From Mobula hypostoma (lineage: Eukaryota): DNA of 64,000 nt. The notes below the pieces were generated by a model, which was given only the letters and a program-made list of their open reading frames with translations, was not told where the DNA came from and made no database searches. The stretch's first letter is position 1. Every line of letters starts with the position of its first letter. The translations under genes and the position numbers were made by a program. This document shows, piece after piece, positions 13,297 to 25,771 of the stretch. Location: positions 18,290,001-18,354,000 of the forward strand of contig NC_086108.1 in assembly GCF_963921235.1 (NCBI RefSeq). Reading direction: 5' to 3'.

Positions 13297-13547
13297 AGTT
13301 GAGTATTCGGGGAGCACAGGAAGAGGATCCACCAGACCCCCAGCTCCTGCGACTGGACAACATGCTGCTGGCAGAGGGTGTGGCTGGACCGGAGAAGGGC
13401 GGAGGTTCTGCCTCTACTGCTGCAGCTGCCGCTGCTGCCACCTCTGGGGGCTCGAGCACAGACAACTCAGCAGAGCACACTGACTACCGGGCTAAACTGA
13501 CACAAATCCGGCAGATCTACCACACAGAGCTTGAGAAGTACGAACAG
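13297..13547 (+). CDS. PBX: PBX-family (pre-B-cell leukemia homeobox, TALE class) internal coding exon, PBC-A/B region (equivalent to exon 3 of human PBX genes); paralog unresolved
   Basis: Translates (E)[83 protein letters not shown], the PBC domain with its poly-Ala linker. Acceptor ttgcag|AG at 13296/13297 (phase 1); donor CAG|gtaaac at 13547/13548 (phase 0); 251 nt. Confidence 0.95.
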
Positions 13548-14599
13548 GTAAACCTGCCAACCACCATCACCAGATGCCTACCCCATAGAGCTTGTCGACT
13601 GCTACAGGAGGGTAGAGTGTGAACCCAGGGTATAGGTCAAAATAGTGCTCTGAGAGGGAGGGCAATGGGAAGAATAAATTCCACCAATGGTGGGGGAGAG
13701 TTTGCTGCCGATTCTCAAGTTGGGGAACTCAGAATAAAAGTGTAGGTCTCCCCTCTCACTGTGAAAGGACGTCACCTATCTGTCCCTTGTTCGTGAGAGA
13801 GAGAGAGAGCCTGTGGCTTGTTGAATTATTGAGTGAACTACAGGTCACGGTCTCTCTTTGGGGGCTTTGCTATTGCTTGCTTGGTGGGTGGTGGATGCTG
13901 ATGCTTTCTGCTGAAATAAGTGGGGAAGAGGGAGGGGGGAGAGTTGATGCATTGGTGCTGTCTGTGTATGGGAGGGGGAGGGGTGCTTTGTGTTTCTAAT
14001 GCTTTTCTGTCATTCATTCTTTGGGGTTCTTTTCTGTTTTTGTGGATGTCTCTGAAGAGTAAGAATTTCAGGTAGTATACAGTATACATTCTGTGAGATA
14101 AAATAGAAACATTGAACCAATGAACCACTTAGGGTTCCTGTTGATACCCAATGCTGCCTGTACATGTGCATACACAGGGGAAGGAAGCACTGAAACACAA
14201 GGCCGACTCCTCCAACCCCACACAAAGCACACCTGCCCAGACTCTCATTCCATGCCTGACCACAGGCTTACTGAACTCCTTGGAGAGTGTCCTCAACAGG
14301 AGGGAGCTTTCTGCAAATGCTCATCCCATTAGGGGCCCACTGATTCAATGTACACCCATCTTTACACGACTTTAACCCAGCACCATCGCATCCCTCTGCC
14401 CCGAGCTCAGCTTCTGCCCTTTACCATCAGTACACATTGATTTATCTGGAGACAAAAAGGACCACAGGCTCAAGAGATTCTGCAGATGCTGAAAATCTTG
14501 AGCAACCCACGCAAAATTCTGGAGGAACTCAGCAGGTCAGGCAACATCTATGGAGAGGAAAAAGTTTCGGGCCAAGACCCTTCACCAGAACTCTTCATC

Positions 14600-15430
14600 G
14601 GGTCTCAGGAGACCCTTAGGGCTGTGTACTGTCCCCTCCTTTACTCCTTGTACACCGATGACTGTGTCACCACCCACAGCTCTAATCAGCTAATTAAATT
14701 TGCCAACAACACCACATTGACTGGCCTAATCTCAAACAATATAAGGTGGCCTACAGGGAAGAAGTCAACTCTCTGACACAGTGGTGTCAAGAAAATAACC
14801 TCTCCCTCAATGTTGCAAAAACAAAGGAGCTGGTTGTGGATTACAGGAGGATGGAGACGGGCTAATCCCTATTGACATCAATGGATCTGGGGTTGAGAGG
14901 GTAAACAACTTCAAATTCCTCGGCATCCACATCACCGAGAACCTCAAATGGTCTCTGTACACCAGCTGTGTGGTGAAAAAGGCACAACAGCGCCTCTTTC
15001 ACCTCAGTTGGTTGAGGAAGTTTGGTATGGGCCCCCAAATCCTATGAACTTGCTACAGGGGCACAATTGAGAGCATCCTGACGGGCTGTATCACTGCCTG
15101 GTATGGGAACTGTACCCCCCTTAATCACAAGGACTCTGCAGAGAGTGGTGCAGACAGCCCAGTGCATCTGTAGTTGTGAACTTCCCATGATTCAGGACAT
15201 TTACAAAGACAGGTGTGAAAAAAAGGACCCGTAGGATCATTGGGGACCCGAGTCACCCCAACCACAATCTATTCCAGCTGCTACCATCCGGGAAATGGTA
15301 TCGCAGCATAAAAGCCAGGACCAACAGGCTTCGGGAGAGCTTGTTCCACCAGGCCATCAGACTGATTAACACGCCGATCTGAGTATATTTCTATGTTACA
15401 TTGTCTGTTCTATTTATTATAGATTATTAT
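14600..15430 (+). mobile_element. Rex1/Babar-like LINE 3' fragment (RT end)
   Basis: PLLYSLYTDDC..IKFANNTT, FKFLGIHITE, KKAQQRLFHL..LRKFG. Confidence 0.8.
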
Positions 15431-16774
15431 AAGTTACTATAACCACTGCTCCCTGACCCTTAAGCATTATCATGGAAAAGGATAGAATCAGAGAGGACAG
15501 GAAAATTTTTAATTGGGGAAAGGCAAATTATGAAGCTATAAGGCTAGAACTTGTGGGTGTGAATTGGAATGATGTTTTTGCAGGGAAATGTACTATGGAC
15601 ATGTGTTTGATGTTTAGAGATCTCTTGCAGGATGTTAGGGATAAATTTGTCCCAGTGAGGAAGATAAAGAATGGTAGGGTGAAGGAACCATGGATGACAA
15701 GTGAGCTGGAAAATCTAGTCAGGTGGAAGAAGGCTGCATACACGAGGCTTAGGAAGCAAGGATCATATGGGTCTATTGAGGAATATAGGGTAGCAAGAAA
15801 GGAGCTTAAGAAGGGGCTGAGGAGAGCAAGAAGGGGACATGAGAAGGCCTTGGCGAGTAGGGTAAAGGAAAACCCTAAGGCATTCTTCAATTAGGTGAAG
15901 AACAAAATCACGACAGGAGTGAAGGTAGGACCGATTAGAGATAAAGGTGGGAAGATGTGCCTGGAGGCTGTGGAAGTGAGCAAGGTTCTCAATGAATACT
16001 TCTCTTCATTATTCACCAATGAGAGGGAACTTGATGACGGTGAGGACAATATGAGTGAGGTTGATGTTCTGGAGCATGTTGATATTAAGGAAGAGGAGGT
16101 GTTGAAGTTGTTAAAATACATTAGGACAGATCAGTCCCCGGGGCCTGACAGAATATTCCCCAGAATGCTCCACGAAGCAAGGGAAGAGATTGCTGAGCCT
16201 CTGGCTAGGATCTTTATGCCCTCGTTGTCCATGGGAATGGTACCGGAGGATTGGAGGGAGGTAAATGTTGCCCCTTGCTCAAAAAAGAGGATAGGGATAG
16301 GGATAAGGATAGTCCGGGTAATTATAGACCAGTGAGTCTTACATCTGTGGTGGGAAAGCTGTTGGAAAAGATTCTGAGATCGGATCTATGGGCATTTAGA
16401 GAATCATGGTCTGATCAGGGACAGTCAGCATGGCTTTGTGAAGGGCAGATCATGTCTAACAAGCCTGATAGAGTTCTTTGAGGAGGTGACCAGGCATATA
16501 GATGAGGATAGTGTGGTGGATGTGATCTACATGGATTTTAGTAAGGCATTTAATAAGGTTCCACACGGTAGGCTTATTCAGAAAGTCAGAAGGCATGGGA
16601 TCGTGGGAAGTTTGGCCAGGTGGATTCAGAATTGGCTTGCCTGCAGAAAGCAGAGGGTTGTGGTGGAGGGAGTACATTCAGATTGGAGGGTTGTGACTAG
16701 TGGTGTCCCACAAGGATCAGTTCTGGGACCTCTACTCTTCATGATTTTTACTAACGACCTAGATGTGTGGGTAG

Positions 16775-17415
16775 ATTATGAGGACATGCAGTCCTCTTTT
16801 ACTGTCATTTAGTAATGCATGCATTAAGAAATGATATAATGTTTTTCCAGAATGATATCACAGAAATACATGACAAACCGACTTAAAAACTAACAAAAGC
16901 CATATAATTATAAAATATAGTTACAACAGTGCAAAGCAATACCGTAATTTGATAAGAACAGACCATGGCACTGTAAAAGTCTCAAAGTCTCTTGAAAGTC
17001 CCATCATCCCACGCAGACAGTAAACCTCCAGCGCCGCAAACTTGCCGATGCAGCATCCTGGAAGCATCCGACCACAGTCCGACTCTGAGTCCGTCCGAAA
17101 ACTCCGAGCCTCCGACCAGCTCTCCGACACCGAGCACCGAACACCATCTCCGCTGAGCGCTTGGACCCCGGCCCCAGCAACAGGCAATAGGCAAAGCCAA
17201 GGATTTGGGCCTCCCCCTCCGGAGATTTTCGATCGCACAGTAGCAGCCGCAGCGAAGCAGGCATTTCAGAAGTTTCTTCAGGTGTTCTTCCATGCACACT
17301 GTCTCCATCAAATCCAGATAGTGCATGGTCCCCTAGTTAACACATACAATATTCATTCGGAACGGCCACGTGCGCTGCGTTGCACCGCTATCTTCTCCTC
17401 CCTCGTTAGAAGAGT
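16775..17415 (-). mobile_element. Non-autonomous SINE-like element inserted in CR1
   Basis: Interrupts the CR1 sequence between ...gatgtgtgggta and ...gaagggtgggttggc, with possible gtaga duplication. On the minus strand the 5' end reads GAAGATAGCGGTGCAACGCAGC; GC/CpG-rich body. Confidence 0.6.
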
Positions 17416-17466
17416 AGAAGGGTGGGTTGGCAAGTTTGCAGATGACACAAAGGTTGGTGGTGTTCT

Positions 17467-18120
17467 GGATTACAAATACCTGGGGATACGAATTGACAAT
17501 AAACTGGACTGGTCTAAGAACACTGAGGCTGTCTACAAGAAGGGTTAGAGCCGTCTCTATTTCCTGAGGAGACTGAGGTCCTTTAGCATCTGCCGGACGA
17601 TGCTGAGGATGGTCTACGAGTCTGTGGTGGCCAGTGCTATCATGTTTGCTGTTGTGTGCTGGGGCAGCAGGCTGAGGGTAGCAGACACCAACAGAATCAA
17701 CAAACTCATTCGTAAGGCCAGTGATGTTGTAGGGATGGAACTGGACTCTCTCACGGTGGTGTCTGAAAAGAGGATGCTGACCAAGTTGCATGCCATCTTG
17801 GACAATGTCTCCCATCCACTACATAATGTATTGGTTGGGCACAGGAGTACATTCAGCCAGAGACTCATTCCTCCGAGATGCAGCACAGATCGTCATAGGA
17901 AGTCATTCCTGCCTGTGGCCATCAAACTTTACAACTCCTCCCTTGGAGGGTCAGACACCTTGAGCCGATAGGCTGGTTCTGGACTTATTTCATAATTTAC
18001 TAGCATAATTTACATATTACTATTTAACTATTTATGGTTCTATTACTATTTATTATTTATGGTGCAACTGTAACGAAAACCATTTCCCCCGGGATCAATA
18101 AAGTATGACTATGACTATGA
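17467..18120 (+). mobile_element. Rex1/Babar-like LINE 3' fragment inserted in CR1
   Basis: YKYLGIRIDNKLDWSKNT..RLYFLRRLRSF..; ends in AATAAAG plus (TATGAC)n; the CR1 resumes at ~18120. Confidence 0.85.
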
Positions 18121-20689
18121 TAATATAGAGGATTGTCGAAGATTGCAGAGAGACATTGATAGGATGCAGAAGTGGGCTGAGAAGTGGCAGATGGAGTTCA
18201 ACCCAGAGAAGTGTGAGGTGGTACACTTTGGAAGGGCAACTCCAAGGCAGAGTACAAAGTAAATAGCAGAATACTTGGTAGTGTGGAGGAGCAGAGGGAT
18301 CTGGGGGTACACGTCCACAGATCCCTGAAAGTTGCCTCACAGGTGGATAGGGTAGTTAAGAAAGCTTATGGGGTGTTAGCTTTCATAAGTCGAGGGATAG
18401 AGTTTAAGAGTTGCGAGGTATCGATGCAGCTCTATAAGACTCTGGTTCGGCCACAATTGGAGTACTGTGTCCAGTTCTGGTCGCCTCACTATAGGAAGGA
18501 TGTGAAAGCATTGGAAAGGGTACAGGGGAGATTTACCAGGATGCTGCCTGGTTTAGAAAGTATGCATTATGATCAGAGATTAAGGGAGCTAGGACTTTAC
18601 TCTTTGGAGCGAAGGAGGATGAGAGCAGACATGATAGAGGTGTACAAGATATTAAGAGGAATAGATAGAGTGGACAGACAGTGCCTCTTCCCCAGGGCAC
18701 CACTGCTCAATACAAGAGGACATGGCTTTAAGGTAAGGGGTGGGAAGTTCAAGGGGGATATTAGAGGAAGGTTTTTTACTCAGAGAGTATTTGCCGCGTT
18801 GAATGCACTGCCTGAGTCAGTGGTGGAGGTAGATACACTAGTGAAATTTAAGAGACTACTAGACAAGTTATAAGGAGGAATTTAAGGTGGGGGGTTATTA
18901 TGGGAGGCAGGGTTTAAGGGTCAGCACAACATTATGGGCCAAAGGGCCTGTACTGCGCTGGGCTATGTTCTATGTTCTATAATTGCACATTGCACGTTCA
19001 GACGGAGACGTAACATAAAGATTTTTACTTCTCATGTATGTGAAGTATGTGAAAGAAATAAATAAAGTCAGTTCAATTCAATTCCTGGCCTGAAATATTG
19101 ACTGATTATTTCCCTCTGGTGACTGCAGGCACTGGAACCTGAAGCAAGGATCAAGATGAAGGAGGAAATGGACAGTTGATGTTTTGGGTGAAGATCTAAG
19201 GCTATCGCTTTTAAATGTTGATATTACATTTCCTTCCACAGATGCTACCTGACCCACTGAGGTACCCCAGTATCTTGTGTGTTGCACCTTGGTTTATCTA
19301 TTGCTCACCTGGCTGGTGAGAGTCTCTGCTTCACTCTGAGAGAGGAAGGGCTGATGAAAACAGAAAATGTGGACCCACATATGTAGAGAAGTGCCCCAAG
19401 GTCCTTAGAAAGCTATGTTTACATATCGCATTAACCGAGACACTAAACTGAAAGAAACTAACAAAGGTTCATGTTAAATTCGATGTAAGCATCCTATTTA
19501 AAATTTGATCTGAGGAAGAAAGGGTAGAGTATTTTAGTTTGAAGTTCTCATCACAGTGATGACACTTACAGATTACTGAGAGGAGTATTTCGCTAAGATT
19601 CACTTCAGTGTGTCAAGTGCTTGGGAGAAGATGAAAAGAGATTTACCAAATATTTTCTGACAATGCATTCAATTAAATGTGCACAGGCTTGTCTCAAGAC
19701 ATTCCACAGAAATACCTCAAAGTGTTCCATGTCTCTAGCATTACTGTAAGGGAAGTTGTTTGCCACATCTGTCAGGTGATGACCATTTTTTGCATGGCAT
19801 GATCCCACAAATGGCTTTGAGGGGAACGGACTGTTAATCTGTTTTGGAAGGTATTAATTGGAGGAGGAATCTCATCCTGACAGTTGAGTGTTCTTATTCT
19901 CTGCTGTAAAGAAGACAGAGAAGAACTGAAAGAGGAATCACTGTAAACCATGTACAGTGAGCTCCTGACTGTTTTTCAATGATATAGAATCACCCATATC
20001 ATTGCAGTCAAACATTTGGGAAAATATATGTTCATTCATAAATGTTAAGTGGAGAGCACTGTTTCCTTGACCTGCTGGAGTTCTCCTATATTTTCTCTTT
20101 TTGTCATATTTGCAGCATCTGTATTGGTTTTCTTGGCTGGAGCTGGGGCTGGGCAGAGACATGGGTATAGGGTAAATAGGTGTCCGGCCACAGTGTTGAT
20201 ACCATCGGCGGTGATTTAGGGGATTGATGGGTGTTCCAGTGCTGGAGACAGATCAACTGCAGGATAAGAGCTTCCACACCCACCTTCCCAATACATCATC
20301 ACAACCCCTCGCACCTATGGGAAATCCTGTGTACGCACAAGATGATAATACAATACATGATGCAACTCAGTCCCTAAAGTCCCACACTCACCCCTCCACC
20401 CCAGTGTCACCCCCACAGTCCCTTTGCCCTCCCACCACATTTATCCCACAAAGGGAGTGGCTGAGGGCTCTCCACTTCTTCCTTAAGCAGAGATCCAACC
20501 AGTTCCTCTCCACTAGTATGCTCATTAACCTTGCTGAACTTCACCTTGAACAACTTCTCATAGAATTGTACAGCACAGAAATAGGCCTTTTCGATCCTCC
20601 TCATTACTGACTATTGTGATACATGCCGATGCTAATCCCATTCTCTCACATAAGGCTCCTATCCCTCAATGGCATTCCTCTCCAAGTAC

Positions 20690-21215
20690 CAGTCTGAACA
20701 CCTACCATCACAACATGTCAACAGCAGATGCCATTTTATTGGCTCACCACTCAACTTTGGAACATCTGTACAGTAAAGATGCATACATTAGGATGCTCTT
20801 CATTAACCACAGCTCAGTATTCAATACTACCATCTTTTTGAAACTAATCAATAAGCTCCAGTTCATTTCCTCAATTGCAGTCCCCAGTGAGTACAGATTG
20901 GCAACAAGATCTCTTCTACAACCACCATCAACACAGGTGCGTTACAAGGCAATGTGCTTAGCCCCCGTTTTACGTGTTTTTATGCTTATCACTAAGTACA
21001 GATCCAATGTCATATATAAGTTTGTTGACAACATCATTGTTGTTGGCCGAATAAGTGGTGGTGACAAATTGGTGTATAGGAGGGAGATTGAAAATTTGGC
21101 TGAATGGTGCCAGAACAACCTCTCACTCAATGTCAGCAAAACCAAAGAATTAATTATTGACTACAGGATAAACCGGAGGTCTATGCACCAGTCCTGGTAT
21201 GGAAACAACTGTGCC
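20690..21215 (+). mobile_element. Rex1/Babar-like RT fragment, decayed
   Basis: STADAI..HSTLEHL..DAYIRMLFINHSSVFNT; KFVDN; AEWCQNNLSLNVSKTKELIIDY. Confidence 0.75.
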
Positions 21216-21218
21216 TAA

Positions 21219-22770
21219 GTCATAGAGTCATAGAACACTGCAGCACAGAATCGGGCCCTTCAGCCCATCTAGTCCATGCTGAGCCATTAATCTGCCTAGT
21301 CCCATCAACCTGCAACCGGACCATAGCCCTCCATACCCCTCCCATCCATATACCTATCCAAGTATCTCATAAATGTTGAAATCGAAAGGCTTCCATCACG
21401 TGCATTGGCAGCACATTCCACACCCCCACCAATCTCTGAGTGAAAAAGCTCCCCCTCATGTTTCCCTTAAGTGTTTCACCTTTCATGTTTTACCCATGAC
21501 CTCTATTGAAATAGCCTCCTTGCATTTACCCTATTTATACTCCTCATAATTTTGTATATCTCTATCAAATCTCTCCTCAATCTTCTACACTCTAGGTAAT
21601 GAAGTCCAAACCTATTCAAACTTATAACTCAGTTGCTCAAGTCCCAGCAACATCCTTATAAAATTTCTCAGTATTCTTTCAATCTTATTTGTATCTTTCC
21701 TGTAGGTATATGACCAACAACTGCACACAATCAACCAAATTACAATTTGGAGTAAAAATTATATAATTGTTACCATGTCTTATATAATTTCAACATAACA
21801 TCCCAACTCCTGCACTCAGTACATTCATTTACGAAAGTCAATGTGCCAAAAGCTTTTGTTATGACCCTATCATGTTACACCACTTTCATGGAATTATGGA
21901 TCTGTATTCTGAGATCCCTCTGCTCTACCATACTCCTCAGTGTCCTGTCATTCACTGTGTAAGAGCTACCCCGGTTGGTCCTCCCAAAGTACAGCACTTC
22001 ACACTTGTCTGCATTAAATTCTATTTGCCATTTTACAGCCCATTTTTTCAGCTGGTCTAGGTCCTACTTCAAGCTTCAATAGTCTTCCTCGCAATCCACT
22101 ATGCTCCCAATCTTGGTGTCTTCCACAAATTTGCTGATCCAGTTTTTTTTATAGGCATCCGTTAGTCTCGTGAGATCGTGGATTTGTGCCTTGGAAGGTT
22201 TCCAGGATGCAAGTTGCCCATGCTGCAAGTCTCCCCTCTCCACATCACAGATGTTGTCCAAGGGAAGGGCATTAGGACCCATACAGCTTGGCACCGGTGT
22301 CGTCGCAGAGCAATGTGTGATTAAGTGCCTTGCTCAAGGGCACAACATGCTGCCTCAGCCCAGGCTCGAACTAGTGACCTTCAGATCACTAGACGAACGC
22401 CTTAACCACTTGGCCACGTGACAAGTTTACCACATCCAGCTGATCCAGTTTACCACATTATCATCCAGATTCTTGATATACAGCAGATGACAAACACCAA
22501 TGAACCCAGCACTGATTCCTACAGCACACCACTAGTCACAGACTGCTAGTCGGAGAAGCAAACATCTACTACCAATCTCTAGCTTCTCCAATGAAGCAAA
22601 TGTCTAATTCAATTTAATACCTCAGCATGAATGCCAAGATTACGAACTTCCTTGACCAACCTCCCATGTGGGACCTTGTAAAAGGCTTTGCTAAAGTCCA
22701 CTCTATAGAAAAACTCTATATGATTAGTTGGACATGACCTGCCATGCACAAAGGAATGCTGACTATCCCC
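21219..22770 (-). mobile_element. Decayed CR1 LINE 3' portion
   Basis: CR1 tail (catagagtcatagaa..ggcccttcagccca) and RT remnants (WISKFVEDTKIG). Confidence 0.8.
22142..22420 (-). mobile_element. tRNA-derived SINE
   Basis: Minus-strand head CGTGGCCAAGTGGTTAAGGCG (A box) ... AGTTCGAGCC (B box); core cccttgagcaaggcacttaa; 3' A-tail (T run at 22143-22150). Confidence 0.8.
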
Positions 22771-22809
22771 AAAAAGTCCCAAATACTAATACCATTTTTT
22801 TTCCTTCAT

Positions 22810-25770
22810 CAAGCCAAGATGACGCCATGTACAGCAGCCGTGTTGTGTACTCCGAATTGGCATTGTCATTTTCTGCTTATCTCTCTACTTCTTTCTGAAC
22901 TTCTCTTACAAGAAGCTGGAAGACACATTAGATATGATCGATTGATTCTTGAACATCGGAAAGACAGCAATCAGTCTTAATATGCTACTTTTCTACCACT
23001 GGGTCCTCTTGCTCCCAGGACCCACAGGAGGTTCATTCACCACACTGGCATTGCCGAGGAAGTGGCGATGGAGGTGAGGAGGAACGGCCAGCGTCTAGGT
23101 TAGGTTAAGACGGCATGCAAATCGGCCACCGCTCTCTTGCATACTCCTGGCCAAAGTACAGTCCCTGGACAACAAGCTGTGTGAGCTGAGAGCCAGAATA
23201 TCCTACCAATGGGAAACAGAGCACTGTAGCATTTTATGATTTACTGTAACCTGGCTGTTGGAGGAGATACCGGACCAAGCCATTGAACCCATCGGGTTCT
23301 CTGTGTTTGGAGCAGACAGGTCTAAAGACCTGTCTGGGAAAAGTAAAAGTGGGGGAGTATGTTTCATGGGGAACAATGCTTGGTGTGACACAGGTAGCGT
23401 GCATACCCTCAAATCTTTTTGCACCCCAGGTCTGGAGTACCTTGTGCTGCTATGTCGACCTTTCTGACTGCCTAGAGAATTCACATCAGTTTTTATTACA
23501 GCTATGTACATTCCATCACAGTCCAATACCAACCTGGCTCTCAATGTGCTTTACAAAACCATCATCATCCATGAAACCACTCCCCCAGAGGCTGCTTTCA
23601 TCATCGCTGGAGACTTTAACCAAGTGTCCCTGACTACAGCTTACCCGAAGTTCTACCAGTACATCGAGTTGAGTACATGGGGAGGAAGCATACCCAACCA
23701 CTGCTACTCTCCCTTCTGCAATGCCTACAAACCACTTCTCTGCCCTCTTTTTGGAAAGTCTGATCATTCCTCCATCTTGCTCCTGCCCGCCTACAGGCAG
23801 AAACTGAAGCAGGAAGCAGTCATAGTGAAAACCATCCACTGCTGGTCCAACCAATCAGACTCAGCATCACAAGACTGCTTTGATAGCGTCACCTGGGAGA
23901 TATTTTGCACTGAGAACATCTCCAAATACATGCAAGTGGTCACAAGCTTCATTTGGAAGTGCATGGTTCCTCAAAAATTAGTTCAGGTCTACCCAAACCA
24001 GAAGCCTTGGATAAATAGTTCAGTGTGTGTTACTCTCAGCGTAAGGGATAAAGCCATCACCTCCTGAGACTAACAGGAACTCAACAGATGCCTCATGATT
24101 TATGAAGAGCCATCAAGGAGGCAAAACAGCAACACAGGGACAAAATCCAGTAACAACTCTGCAACAATTACACACGCTGCGTATGGCAAGGATGGTACAC
24201 CAGCAATGACTTCAAGAGGAAACACAGCAGTGCCACCTCAGTCCTGGATGAGCTAAGTGTTTTTTACCCTTCATTCGAGGTTGATAAGCCTGAACCCCCA
24301 AGGATAGCCACTGACGAGACTTGTACCTTGATCATCTCCGAAGGTGAGCTACATAGAACTTTCCCACATGTCAACGGCCGCAAGGCAGCAGGGCCAAACG
24401 GCATTCCAGGGCACGTCCTCAAAGTGTGTGCTGAACAGCTGGCTGGTGTGTTCACAGATATTTTTAATCTCTCCCTCTCCCAGTGTGTTGTGCCCTCCTG
24501 TTTCAAATTATCCATCATCGTCCTTGTACCTAAGAAAACCAAGGTAGCATCCCTGAACGATTGCCGCCCTATTGCACTCACCTCAATTATAAGCAAATGC
24601 TTTGAGAGGCTAGTTAAAGACTAAATCTGCAGCATGCTACTACCCACACTGGACCCCTTACAATTTGCCTGCTAACAGAACTGGTCTACCAATAATGCCA
24701 TAGTCATAGCACTACATATTGTCCTCACTCACTTGGAGAAGAGGGATGCATATGGTAGAATGGTGTTCCTGGACTACAGTTCAGCATTCAACACCACTAT
24801 TCCCTCCAGACTTGACAGGAAGTTCAGAGACACCAGTCTACACCCCACCTTGTGCAGCTGGATCCTAGACATCCTATTGGATCACCGACAGGTGGTCAGG
24901 ATAGGCTCCTTCACCTTTACCCCTCTGACCCTCAATACAGGTGCCCCTCAGGGTTGTGTTCTGGGTCCCCTCCTCTACTCCCTTTACACTCACGACTGTA
25001 CTGCCACACACAGCTCCAAACTGCTGATCACGTTCACAAATGACACGACTTTGATCAGCTTTATTTCTTGTGGTAATGAGAGAGCCTACAGAGGAGAGGT
25101 TGACACCCTGACACAGTGGGGCCAAGATAACAACCTCTTCCTCAATCCAAAAAACAGAAGAGCTGATCGTGGATTACAGGAGGAATGGAGACAGGCTCAC
25201 TCCAATCAACATCAATGAGACTGCAGTTGAGAGGGTGAGTAATTTCAAGTTCCTCTGTATACACATCACCGAAGATCTCACCTGGACTCTACACACTGGC
25301 TTTAGGGCAAAAAAAACATAACAGCATCTCTTCCACCTCAGGCGACTGAAGAAGTTTGGCATGGGCCCTCAAATCCTCAAGACATTCTACAGAGGCACCA
25401 CTAAGAGCATACTGACTGGCTGTATCACCACCTGGTACAGGAACTGCACCAACCTTGATTGCTGGGCACTGCTACACATCTGGACATCCCAGTGCACCTG
25501 TGGACATGAACTTCCTTCCATTGAGGACATTTACAGCTGCAGGTGCAGAAAGAAGCCCTGGATGATCATTGGGGTCACCAGTCACCCAACCATAAACTGT
25601 TTCAGCTGATTCCATCTGGCAAACGGTACCACAGCATTAAAGCCAGGACCAACAGACTATGAGACAGCTTCTTTCTACAAGCCTTTAGACTTTTAAATTC
25701 ACATGTCCATACATTGCGACTGAGTCATAAACACAAAGATTTTTATTCCCTCACATTGTGGGATAGATAA
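22810..25770 (+). mobile_element. Near full-length decayed Rex1/Babar-like LINE (APE-RT)
   Basis: 5' CAAGATGACGCC; APE (VTWL, YIP, AGDFN, SDH); RT ([41 protein letters not shown]); C-terminal KFG region. Confidence 0.88.
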
Positions 25771-25771
25771 A

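Larger units (their letters stand above)
15465..18980 (+). mobile_element. CR1 LINE (RT and 3' tail) carrying two nested insertions (~16775-17415 and ~17467-18120)
   Basis: ORFs 15472-15894, 15895-16335, 16438-16812 and 18283-18873 are consecutive CR1 ORF2 pieces; (TTCTATG)n tail at ~18965-18980. Confidence 0.92.

Noticed and set aside
13271..13480. Antisense poly-Ala ORF and other overlapping ORFs
   Set aside because: Shadows of the GC-rich PBX exon; the same applies to the many antisense ORFs over LINEs.
22350..22420. tRNA gene
   Set aside because: It is the A/B-box head of a SINE, continuing into a SINE core and A-tail.
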